Position numbers and translations under genes: made by a program. The notes below the pieces were generated by a model that worked only from the letters and a program-made list of their open reading frames with translations, made no database searches and was not told the DNA's origin. Positions 23,751 through 35,751 of a stretch of DNA of 64,000 nt are shown here, piece after piece. The stretch lies in assembly GCA_030248215.1 (NCBI GenBank), contig JASANG010003696.1, positions 372,001 through 436,000 on the forward strand, read 5' to 3'. This DNA is from Enoplolaimus lenunculus. Taxonomy: Eukaryota. Each line of letters starts with the position of its first letter. Position 1 is the stretch's first letter.

Positions 23751-25046
23751 TAGCAGCAGATTGTCCGACGACATATATATCGGCGAAGGGAATCCGATTT
23801 ACATACAAACTATATTTAATACTGCAGTGACCCGAATGAGTATATGCGTTAAAATTTCGAACGCAAATTTATTTGGGCCTGAAGTCATTTATGCACAACA
23901 ATTACGGAAAATTGACATTTATGGACTCTGATTATGGTTTAGGGACTTTATTTGCTTCCGGACTCTCAATAGCGATACGGACTCGTAATGATTAGAACTC
24001 AAAATGGGAACTCTTTTATGACCCCACTCTTAATATTCCGGTCACTACAGTATATCTGCAATTGGTGTGGCAATATTCAAATCATACCACACTGATGTTT
24101 TACAAGTAGAACATGACGCTATATATATGCAGAGCAAATTAAAGAGGACACAAATTTTTTAAAGACTTATATATTCAGCGTCTAATTTCATTTAGATCTG
24201 CCCCTAGGTATGGCACTGTATATGTGAGTGTGGTGCTAAGAAATGAACAAGTTTTAAGGGCAATTTACCTAAAAACATACATCAAATTAAAAAAAATGTA
24301 CTGAAGCAGGTGATGATCAGAAGAAACGAATTAACTTATGTTTGGTTTGTTTTTATAACGATTTCAAATGTTGAATTTAGGTCACCTACAAATTTTTAAA
24401 CCACGACAATTTAAACGTTTCCGTTTTAAACCCGAGTTTAGTGACCCGAATAAGAGGTGGTAATAAGAGGTGGTCCCCATTTTGACTCCCAATCAACAGG
24501 AGTCTGTATCCCTAATAAGAATCCGTAAGGGAATGAAGTCGGTAAACCATAATTGGAGGCCATAAATGTCAATTATTCCTAATTGTAGTGTATAGAGTAA
24601 ATAAAGTTGAGTTCTAAACTTTAAAGTGTACTTAAGTTTTGAAAGTAACATTCCTAAGTATAACCTTGCATTATCGCTCAAGCTTTTGATTCAAGACCAA
24701 TAAACGTTTAATTTAACGGATAGTTGCAACACCGGATATATATCAGTAACGAAGGGCGGCAGAAGGTGGGTTAACCATCTGAAGACACCAAATAAACATC
24801 AATCCTCTCTCTTATTCGGGTGACTAGTATATATTATATATTTTCTGAAAATCCATTATATATATTAACGCCAGCGTGCGGATTTTCCGGTATTTTTGGT
24901 ATTGAAAATTTTTCTCATTTGAAAATTTAAGAAAAATTAGCATATTTATTCTACGTTATTTTTCTCAAATTGTCTGAGCGTGTATCACCTCTCTAACCAA
25001 CTTTATTATAGCGAGTTACACCGACTTCCTAGCCTTTACAAGTTTA

Positions 25047-25235
25047 GGTCAATATTTACAGTCGGACCAAAACAGTATTATAAGCATATTCCTAAAAGCC
25101 AAGACCTAACCGTGCGCGCAAGAATGAGTTTATACCGAAGCCTAAAAGCATAAGGAAAAAAATTAGTCTAAAGCTTATGCATACTTTATTGTAATCTCGC
25201 GGGAAAACGTTCCGCTCCTGATCTTTACATGAGCC
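25047..25235 (-). mobile_element. TTAGGC-containing MITE (family A, diverged)
   Basis: GGTCAAT...CTGATCTTTACATGAGCC, flanks CAAGTTTA/CAAATTTC (6/8). Confidence 0.7.
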
Positions 25236-25255
25236 CAAATTTCCGCCTAAACATA

Positions 25256-25509
25256 CACTGTAAATTCCAATGAGTTGATTTCAACTCAGACTGAGTTGAA
25301 TCACTCAATCTGAGTTAGGACTATCAGAACTCATAATTGTGAGTTGATATGACTAATTCTGATTTAATCAATCAACTTTTCCGGACTCAAATCAACTCAG
25401 GGCGGGTATAAATTTAACTCAGAGTGAGTTAGAGTTTGCTGTTATTAACTCACAAATAAACCAAACTTTCCGTCTGAGTTGATTCAGTAACTCATTGAAA
25501 TTTACAGTG
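25256..25509. mobile_element. Second CACTG...CAGTG MITE family (AACTCA/TGAGTT subrepeats); partial copies ~13480-13620, ~37790-37962, ~50590-50670
   Basis: TA|CACTGTAAATTCCAATGAGTT...AACTCATTGAAATTTACAGTG|TA. Confidence 0.75.
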
Positions 25510-25738
25510 TATATGTCCTCACTATTCATACAAACGTTTGTGTTTCGAATATTTTCTATACCAAAATGAGACCACAATACTAAGTTCCTTGTTGACCCAA
25601 TGAACAACGGAACTTCCCTCTGTTCCAAAACATTTTTATTAATTAAATTAATTGTTGTATTTGAATAATCGGTTAACAATCGGCCAAGTCTATTTTATTA
25701 GAACCATGTATAAGTCGTTTTTTGCTATCGGATCCCAT

Positions 25739-25945
25739 TTCCCATGCAAAGATCAGGGGCGGAGAGTTTTTCTGTGGGACTTGAATACAGTAAGTTTAAG
25801 CTTTAGACTATTTTTTTGCTTGGCTTTAGGCCTTGGCTTTGTCTTATGCTTAGGAATATGCTCATTCTTACGCTTAGGTTTAGGGTTAGGCTTAGGCTTA
25901 GGCTTACGCTTATACTACTGTTACGGCCCTGTTCTTACAGTGGCC
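25739..25945 (+). mobile_element. TTAGGC-containing MITE (family A)
   Basis: CCCATGCAAAGATCAGGGGCGG...TTACAGTGGCC, tandem TTAGGC, flanks GATCCCAT/GTTCCCAC (6/8). Confidence 0.8.
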
Positions 25946-28900
25946 GTTCCCACCGATGCCTGTTTTGAAGTAAAAGCAACAGTAGCCGACGTGCCTTTAG
26001 CTAACTTTTATTGGATAAAACTGACAGCGAAACAAACTAACGCCGACACTATTTTATATTAAAGATAATTTTGGATGAGCAAATGTTTGAGTTTCATGAT
26101 GTCTTGAGTTAAAGAAACCGACTAATTTAATTTTAACAACAAAATCCTTGATATTATAGCGGTTTTCTTCACATATCAATGTGAAGCACAACTGTTTGGT
26201 TAGGTTTGGTTAGGGCAACACCAGCCTGCGACGAATCTCGAAATTTCTGACTTAGGATTGGCAGGTTGGCAAAAAAGTTTATGAAACACACTTTTTTCCT
26301 GTATGCCATATTTGTGCTAATTTTCTGAGAGGGAAACTTTGTAATGTAGGGATCTTAACATTTTATCGTGAAAAGTCTTTGTGGGGTGTACGCTTTCAAG
26401 CCCCCTTCCTCTGGATCCGTTAGTGACGCCAGTATACGTTAGAACGTTGAGTTATCATGAAGTATAAAGTCTTCAGTCATGGAGAATCCGGCGCTTGTGG
26501 GACTATACGCACTATAACCTCAACCGATGAAGCATTCATATTTCGTATACGGGTAGTGATTGGGGAATCGCATATTTACATTTTTTAATACAAAAAATAA
26601 AGTTCTTGGTGTCACCATCGAGTCGCCGCCCATCATCGAGTCGCCGCTCAAAACTCATTCCAAATCATGTCGGTGATATAAATCAAGTTAGCGGTTATAC
26701 TTGTAACGGGTCTTTTATTTCACCATAATTAGTTAACCAATCGTTTTATTACGAAAAATTTAACACCATTGCGCTCAGTTGCGCAACTTGTATCGAATGG
26801 TATATAATTTGTTGAACCTAGAGGGGATTTTGCGACCTTAAAAATCGAATTTTTCAAAAATTCAAATTTAGGCGCGGAATGATCATGGGAGGTCATGAGA
26901 AGCTTAAATATGCAAAAAATAGAACCATTTTTGGGCAAACACGGACCGGGGGATCACGGAAAACAGCCCTTGTAATCAACTGTATTAAAATCCAAATGTT
27001 AGCTACGTATTTATTTGTGAAAATAAAGTGAAGTATTGTGACATTAACTGAATAAAATGTATCCGTTAAAAACGAAAAGTTACAATTTATATTCGCCATA
27101 ATATTTTTAAAAATTAATAAACACTGCGATATTCTGCATATGAAGCTTTCTGTTCGCTTTCCCTTAAAACGTTTATGAAGTTGCAAAAAATGAACATTTT
27201 ACCGAATAAATGACAATTCGTTAAAAATATTTTGTTACGAGAACCAAAAAATTAACGATTATTTGGGTTAAATTAGACTAAAAAACACACATATTTTCAT
27301 GTGACGCAAAAATACAAGTTATAGCTATGTATTTTTGGCGAAATAAAGTTATGTCGTGTGGCTAAATTACTATCCGTTTGAGAGTAAAAAAATTATTATT
27401 TACGTTCACCATATTTGGCTTGATTGCTGCTATCGTTCTGCGTGTTGTTTGTCACGAAATCGAACCAAACGTTAGCCACAAATGTCAGTATCATACCGTT
27501 TTGTCTCATAATTTTCTTCGAAACCTAAAATGAAGTTTCGTAAAAGTTAAAATTTTTAAAAAATATACAAATCAATCGACAATCCGGAATTGTTAGCGAA
27601 GCGATTTCTTCATTTCGCCAATCGAACTGTTATTAAGCATAAAATAGGAATAAAAATAATTATTATATATTTACACTGACCTTTATTTGATCTCATTCAG
27701 GCAATCATGAAGGCTCTCTTCTGCTTGAAATATGGTATCAATAATTTACTAAAAATTTAATAAATTTTCAGCACTGGCGGATGTAGCGAAACGGAAGGAT
27801 ATATCTTTCATTGCAATAGTTCATTAGTTTTACTTGAAGCCCGCAATGTGTTTGGCCAAACAAATGAAAGCTATACATCGCGAGGTTACGACAAATTAAA
27901 CATTTGTGGGGCTTCGATGCAACTGGCCAAACTAAAGACGGCAAAAATTTGCTAAAAACTGTAAAATTATACAGTGTAAAAAGTATACTCTCACAGGAAA
28001 GCCGTGGATATGCAATGGATTTTGCGATTCCATTTTGAAACCCAAATCAACCGGCACAGAGAACGAAACTTTTAAATTAAATACCAATCAACTCTCGTCA
28101 ATTAAATACAAAAAATGGTAAAAATACGATGGCACAAACATTGAAAAAATTTGGATTCGGTGGGTCTCGTCTTTCAGGTCTGTGTCTAGGTGTTTTCCAT
28201 CTTAACCTAGAACCGTTTTGTTTAGTTGTAAATCCATCTCAATTTTGGCGGTGGAGTATGTGATGTTTGCAACGTTGCCCTGGTTGGCTTTGAGACTAAC
28301 TTCAGAGTTTTCTCTTACGTCCTCTATATTTTTGGTCGGCTGGGCAGCTTTAACGGGCCCAATTGTTCGCCACATATAAGCATGACTTGAAAATAATATA
28401 AGCACGACTTGAAAATATCGGCAGCGATGGAGTCTGTATTAAAGACACAACTGTCTTAAATTTCGGACAATTTTTCTGCAGTGGTCCAAAAAAACCACTG
28501 TTTTGGGTGATCTTCCATGACCCTTACCAACCTATGCTTCTAGTAGCTCAAAATGGTGGCCATCATGCTTCTTCGAGCCGAAAGTGAAATGGAGACTTTT
28601 GCATAACCGTTGGACACTAGTTCCGCAGTTCGATTACGAAACATAATATTCCACAGTTATTGCGTTTGAGAGTCTTATGTTGTTTTGTGTTCACTCAATT
28701 TAATACTAAATTGATTTTATAAGTTGATTTTAAAGTGGCTAAAAACTTTATTGTTGCTCAGCATGACGAAGCGTACATCTTTGGTCACAACCATAAGCGG
28801 TATGTGAAATTTCTATTTAAATAAACTTTTACACTTCATTCCTATGGACACTCATCATAACTCTTTCGTAACCACAATTCCATACGGTGAATTACATGGC

Positions 28901-29339
28901 TATATGTGAAATTGTGTTTCTTGTGCTTAGTCTCGGTTTTAATGTTTATATTCTGAAGTGGGTTGATATAATCTGATATCGGTTGAACCGAGCACGAATA
29001 TATGTATAATTTAGTATAAATAATGTTTCCTGATTGTTCTTGGTTGAACCGAGCAACGATATATGCGAAATTTTGCATAAATACGGTTTCCTTATTTTTC
29101 TTCAACATTGAAGGAGCACCCATTTGTTTGTTCTGCGAGTAAAGCAATTAAAATTTTGCATTTCATTGGTTTAGTAGGCTTTTTGAGTTTCCTATTTCGG
29201 TTCTGAGGTGGATGTAGTTTATTTAGCTATTTCGAACATGGTATATGCGTTTTTCATGCGTTGCTGGGTTCCAAATCTCTTGGTTGCGGGTTTTCAGATT
29301 TTACATCTTTTGTAATATATATGCGTGTATCATATAAAT

Positions 29340-32300
29340 ATGACTGCAGCAGTTGACGTTCGAAAACCATTTGTGGTATGCTTTACTTTTAGTTACAATT
29401 ACCGAGATTTTATAAGCGACAGACTTACATATTTCCCTTAAAACGTATAACTTTACGAATGTTTTATGTGTGGTGCTCTTATGCTAACGATTCAATGTTC
29501 GTGGAGTGGAACGAACATGAATTTCTGGTCCCCATGTATTGTATAATTTCAAATACCTATAAATTTTAGGCTCCGCCAGCACCACCAGTTGTGCCAAACA
29601 TGAGAAAATTGGAATTGTCTGGAGTTGTCGGGTTCAAAGCGCTTCCAGAGCAATTGGTTGAAAAAGCAAAGCAAGCAGGTGAAGCTTAATAAATACGTAG
29701 TTCTGTGATTCGAAAATTATTTAAAAGTATAAAGCACTTGTTTACAGCGTGCATAGCTGGTAATTTAATTGGCAGTTACGAAGCGTTCAACCTGTAAGAC
29801 TTACATTTTTGTAATTTTGCACTAATCCGTCAGATGGTATTACTTACCCAGTTACAATCTCTTTTGGTTGTTTGCAGGCTTTACGTTTAACTTGTTGTGC
29901 GTTGGCGAAACTGGAATTGGCAAAAGCACACTCATGGAATCCCTATTCAACATGAGCTTAAATTTGGAGCCCTGCTCACACGAATTGAAAACTGTTGAAT
30001 TACATTCAAATACCTATGGTATATAAGTATATATTTAATAGGCTTATGTGTAGTTAAGTTGGCTACTGTACTGAATAGTTATCTTTATTATTTTTCAATG
30101 CTATTTATGGTCATGCTATGGTTTTGCAGTCGTTTTATTGAATTACGGTAACTTGCAGTTAAAACAATACGTACGTATCAATATTGGTCTGCAGTTGTGA
30201 TTCAAATATTGTTAGCTCACGTTTATTCGAAAATTGTCTTCTACTCTTCTAGATGTCGAAGAGAGTGGTGTCAAGTTGAAATTGACTATCGTTGAAACTG
30301 CCGGCTTTGGTGATCAATTGGATAAAGAAAGCAGGTACTTATGGTGCATATATGCTTGCTGCCAGTGGAAGCTGGGGTTAATGCAACTTTCTCAAAAACG
30401 TAACATGCCTAAATTAGCGTGTTAAGTAGTAAAACTTGGCATTTTTCAAAAATTTATATATAAACTTAATATTGCATGATATTGTTACCAAACAGTCATT
30501 ATCACTTGAATCTTGAATCTTGAATATGTAATGATCTGACATAAAATGTGATTGGTGTGGCTTAATTTTCAGGCGTCTTCCCGATGCGTTGTTTCTTATG
30601 TTTGATGAATAATCACGCACTCGATAATACGGGCTAAACTTGTGTTTCGTAATTTATGTTTCGGCTGTTTGTTTTAGCTCAAAAATTATTCTCGATTACA
30701 TTAATCGTCAGTTTGAATCGTATTTGCAAGAAGAAATGAAAATCAAACGAACACTTCAGTTTTATCATGATACAAGAATTCACGCTTGCATTTATTTTAT
30801 ATCGCCAACTGGACATGGGTAAGCACTAAGCAGTGTGTCTAGTACTTTTATAGCTTTTCAACTGGTACATAACTTTTCCCTTGCTGACTGATCTGTGTCC
30901 ATTTTTATACTTGTTAAAAGTTCCTACTACGTAATAATTTGCCATTTGGAATTCTTTTTGTGAGAATATAATCGTGGGCTTTCAAAATGATTCATTGATG
31001 TATTATAGGCTTAAAGCTCTGGATCGTGATGTATTGAAGCAGTTGTGTTCAAAAGTCAACGTTATTCCGGTTATTGCCAAAGCAGATACAATATCAAAAG
31101 ATGAGCTAGAACGGTTTAAAAACAAGGTGAGTTTGTAATATTTTAGGCAGGTACTAACAGAAGTATAGTTTTGAATGGTTAGTAGAATGAGGTGAAACAG
31201 ATTAATTAAGACGATGGATAACGATAGCGCGTATGGTTATTAAAATATTTTCTATTTGACATTTGATAAATGTTTTACTTCTTCAATAGTAATTTTTATT
31301 TGCTGTCTGGAAAATACCCGTACTTGGAGATGGCTTTTACAATCTTTATGTTAACCGCGCAAAAAACATAGCGGTTACCAAGGCACTGAGTTTTGGTACC
31401 TTGACCACGTGGTTTATTTTAGATTTTAAGCGATATGAAGGCTCATGCAATCGAGTTTTATACGTTTCCAATGGACGACGAAACTTATATTGAAGTCAAT
31501 TCTGCGTTGAATGTAAGATTTTGTTTAGTTTACTAACTCACGTTTCGGATGATAGATTTTGTAAGTTTTAAGTTGCGGCTAAAATCGGCAATTACATTAA
31601 TGTTTGGGCCTCCGCGTTCTTGAACGTTGTGTACTTATATCACTCAGTGCTTGAGATACTTTTTTGCGCCGTTGTTTCGACTATCGCGCAATTATTTATG
31701 TATTTATATATTGATATTTTTGCAGGGAAGTGTACCATTTGCAGTTGTTGGAAGCACTGATTTTGTTAAGAAAGGAAACAAAAGCGTTCGAGCCCGTCAA
31801 TACCCTTGGGGTATTGTGGAAGGTAAAGTACAGCAAACAAAGTCAACGATTTTTTTGTTTTTGTGCGTTTTTGGGAACTGGGTAACTAAATTGTTTACAT
31901 TTGAAACGGCAAAGAATCGGCATTTGTTATAGTTCGTGCCTATACTCACGAAAAGTGCCGATTATTACTGCTGCCGATGCTGACTAATCGGCACATCCCT
32001 AATTTGAAAACTTATTTAACACTCTTTAAATCTTGTTAATCACTTCAATAGTTCAATAAAATTATGCATAACATATAGGTAACTCCAGGATCAACCCAGA
32101 GTATTTGATGACTTCAAATTAGGAGGGTTTTTGAGTGGCGTTGGGCTGAATATGGGTTGATTTCTGCAGTAATGGTTTCTGTGAGGGAGGGTGACCCTAC
32201 CGCCCCTACAAGTAAAATACTATCTAATTATCTCTTGTGATTTTACAGTTGAAAACGAAGAGCACTGTGACTTTGTGAAACTTCGCGAAGCTTTACTACG

Positions 32301-33378
32301 AACGAACGTCGAAGATTTGCGCGAGCGAACACACAAAGTGCTGTACGAAAACTTTCGACGTCATCGGCTGATTGAAATGGGACTCAAAGAAGGCGATCTG
32401 GGCCCCGGAATTCAGCAAGCGTATCAGCAGGTTGGTTTTAAAATTTAGCGGCCGATTAATTGGCATATATCTCAAGAAGAAGTACACTGCTGACTGGTAA
32501 TTTAACGCCAGAAGATGTGCTTTAATGCGATGTATGACTTTTTCAGGCATGCATACTATGTTTTGTGTTATATGTTTTGTTTCAGCGTCGTTTGGAACAT
32601 ATTGCATCGCTACAATCGTCTGAGAATGAACTTCGTGAAAAATTTTTGCTTCGAGTCAAAAATAAAGAAGATGAGCTCAAGCGGCAAGAGAAAGATGTAC
32701 TTTATGTTTATGTATTAGCTTTCGTTTTAAACAGTTTTATAGCTAATTTTATAGCTAAGTGTGGTATTTGTCACTTGTATTACTCAAGTTGGAGTGTGAC
32801 GTATTCTGTGCTATGCGTTAGTCAGATATAGTGCAATATTTATACCGTATCTATAATCTTTGTTGCATGAAAGAATTTTGGTGCGATAGTGGCAGGGAAG
32901 CAACCACATCTTATTTTTACCGGAACCGGATATTAACTGTTTATAGCATCTAAATTTGTACACTGTTAGTAGTATCCGAATCATGCAGTATATAAAAGTA
33001 TAGATTTACGTACTGTTTTAACATTTATGTTAGCTTGGATTATTTGTTTTACTTCAGGGTTAAAAACTTAAAATTATTGACTTGTGCACAAATGCAGCAG
33101 CAGCATTATGTCTAGTATTTTACACATGTGGATTGTGAAAACAATTTTATGATATTCCGGACCACAACTGCAAACCAGATGCCTGTATAGTAGTATACAG
33201 AGTGGAAGCATGTATGGTTTTGTTTCAGCTCCAACTTAAAACCGATGCTGAAAATCGTCGCTTTCAACAAGAAATGGCAGAACTTGATGAAGAAAACAAA
33301 AAGCTCGACGCTGAAATGGCCGAATTTTACCGTCAGAAAAATCAGTACACACAAACGCTTCGGAAAAATAAAAAGTAA
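29340..33378 (+). CDS. unc-61: Septin, SEPT6 group (UNC-61-like), 11 coding exons, 418 aa
   Basis: GT-AG exons joined in frame: 29340-29375, 29570-29678, 29878-30018, 30253-30334, 30678-30818, 31009-31126, 31423-31512, 31726-31822, 32249-32430, 32586-32696, 33229-33378 (1257 nt). Motifs: P-loop [10 protein letters not shown]3 ETAGFGD, G4 AKAD, septin unique element [21 protein letters not shown]-terminal coiled coil. Confidence 0.93.
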
Positions 33379-35587
33379 TGTGTATTATAAACTTTTGTAA
33401 GTTTGAAGGTAATATTATTAGTTTTATGCTGCTTTCATAATGCGAATTTTGGTGTTAGTATTGACTAACTTTTTATGCGGTCGGCACCAACCAACAAATT
33501 TATGAATGTGCTTGGTATAAATATTTTCTTGTTAAAAATATTGAGTTGCAAATTTGGTTTTACTCGACGTCAAGCATGTAAAGATAAATCAATATTTTAC
33601 AGACTGATTGTAGGTATTAATATGTGCTGTTTATTAAATTAATAGTTTTCGTTCCGATTTCTGTTTTGCCTTTATGCGGGATTCACGTTATCACCCGGGC
33701 AGCATCAAACATGTGTTGTCTCTATTAGACTATTGACTATTGCTATTGGGCAACATTTTGTCTGCTCAGAAACCCGCATACCACCATTACATTAAAAAAT
33801 TCGTAGTTGCCTGCTATCATCCTGTGTAGGTCACCTTTTGTTCTCTAATGTCATATGATATTCGACATATTATTTTGTCTGCGAATAACATGTGATTTTG
33901 TTTTCAATTGTCTACAGTTTTGAGGTAACAAAAGCAAATTGGCCATGTAGTATTGAATATTATCTATAATGCTAGAATTTTAAATTTGGATTGTTCAGTT
34001 TACCAATGACAGCCCGAATTTTAACGTTGACGTTGAATCAACATGGGCCAGATCGTGACCCGCCTGTCCCGGTTATATCGCGAATCGTGCATTCTATTCA
34101 CTTACATGAGTACATGGAGTTGTATGGAATATACTGTTTGTTTGGTTTACAGATAATGGAAACGATCGCGATCTCATGATTGACATTTAGTTTTTGCCAA
34201 TACATTTTTGAGCTCTATCTTGGTACTATTACTATTTTTTGTTTATTTACGGCGTTGGTCTCCTGTTGTCTAGAGTGCTTTGTCCGAATGATTTGAATGT
34301 AAGTTCATTTTTATCTAACAAACTGCCGTGGAACGTTTGTAATTGCGTGGTACTGGTTTCCAATTAATTATTTGGTCTAAACTATTTTACGGTGTTCAGT
34401 GGACATTTAGCAAATGTACCACCGCAAGTAGTATTAAAACATTTTGATATCAACAAAAAGATATTAAAAAAGACCAATTCACTCTTGGTTTTAGTCGTCC
34501 AACGTGTATTGTTGAATAATTTTTTACTGCCAGCTATGTATTTCATTTATGTAATTATTATTGTGTTAACAATTTTTTGGCCAAACGAAAGTTTTTGATG
34601 TTTTTCTCTATGTGTTTGTTTGATAGTCGTTATTATTGTTGCAGTGCATATCACATGATATTTTGTGTGTTTTCACTTTTGGTTTAGAGCTCAGAGTTGG
34701 CAGATTCAAATGACCGTAGCATAGTTTCTAACCACGAATTGAGTTATGGAAAATAATTTAGTCGAACTTCATATTGGAAAGTATTCGAAATTCATTGCTT
34801 ATAGTTTGCTGGCTCGAAATTGTTGATGTTTGTCCATACAAAAAATGGTTTGAAATAGAGTTACTTTAGGGTCAGAAATTGTACTGATGCCTAAGGCTCC
34901 GGGGCTGGGATAAGTACCAACCGGGGCAATGGATGTTTCTGTAACTATATAAGTGAACTCGTTGAGGGTTTCGCGTGACCGAAACATTTGATTCCTATTA
35001 TAGTTGCATCGGGTAGTTATTTTTAAATGTTACAACTTTAATTTTTGTTCAGCTGTTCAAGATGTATCGAGTCAAACGAAGTTTGCATTTCGTATTTGGC
35101 CCAGGTAATGCACTGGCAAATTAAGTGTTGGTCCTGACCCGGTGCAGTTGGTTTCCGCCCGGGAATGTGTCATGATTTGTTACTAGTTTGCGCTGATGTT
35201 TTGATATATACTCTTGTCTGAGATTGTACGTATATATCCTAGTGAACTTGTATAAAGTAGTTTTTCTGATGCAGAAGAATTTTGCAATAATATAATATGA
35301 GACCACGTTCGTAAAAGTATAAAATATGTTGACTCAAAAGATTATACTTATGTATAATAAAAATTGAGGAAAATGATTTGCTCGTGGTTGACATATATAA
35401 TTTCTGTTGAAATGTGTGCAAGTCAGGAGGGACGGTGTATGTTTAAGTTATTCAGAAGCAAGTGTACTTTTCACATAACGTACAATTTTGATAACCGCAC
35501 TTTTGTAACGCCAATTATCGCTCACAATCTTGAATTCTTAGATTGGGAAGATTCTTCGAAGAGGCCAAGGAAATTTTCTTAATTTTT

Positions 35588-35751
35588 GGCTCGTGATTGG
35601 ATTAGTGGCGGACCGTTTTTCGCAGCAATGCATTAGAATAATTTTAATTAGGTTTTAGACTAATTTTTTTTGCTTAGGCTTAATAGGTATAAGCTCATTT
35701 TTAGGCTTAGATATTAATAGTACTGTAGCGGCCTTGTCGTATACATTTGCC
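35588..35751 (+). mobile_element. Diverged TTAGGC-containing MITE (family A); further fragments at ~16880-16958, 35980-36045, 38280-38420, 38525-38675
   Basis: TTTAGACTA..TTTTTTGCTTAGGC core and right end TATACATTTGCC. Confidence 0.6.

Noticed and set aside
30289..30312. Septin G3 motif ETAG instead of DTxG as a novel variant
   Set aside because: To my recollection UNC-61-type nematode septins share this substitution, so it supports orthology rather than novelty.
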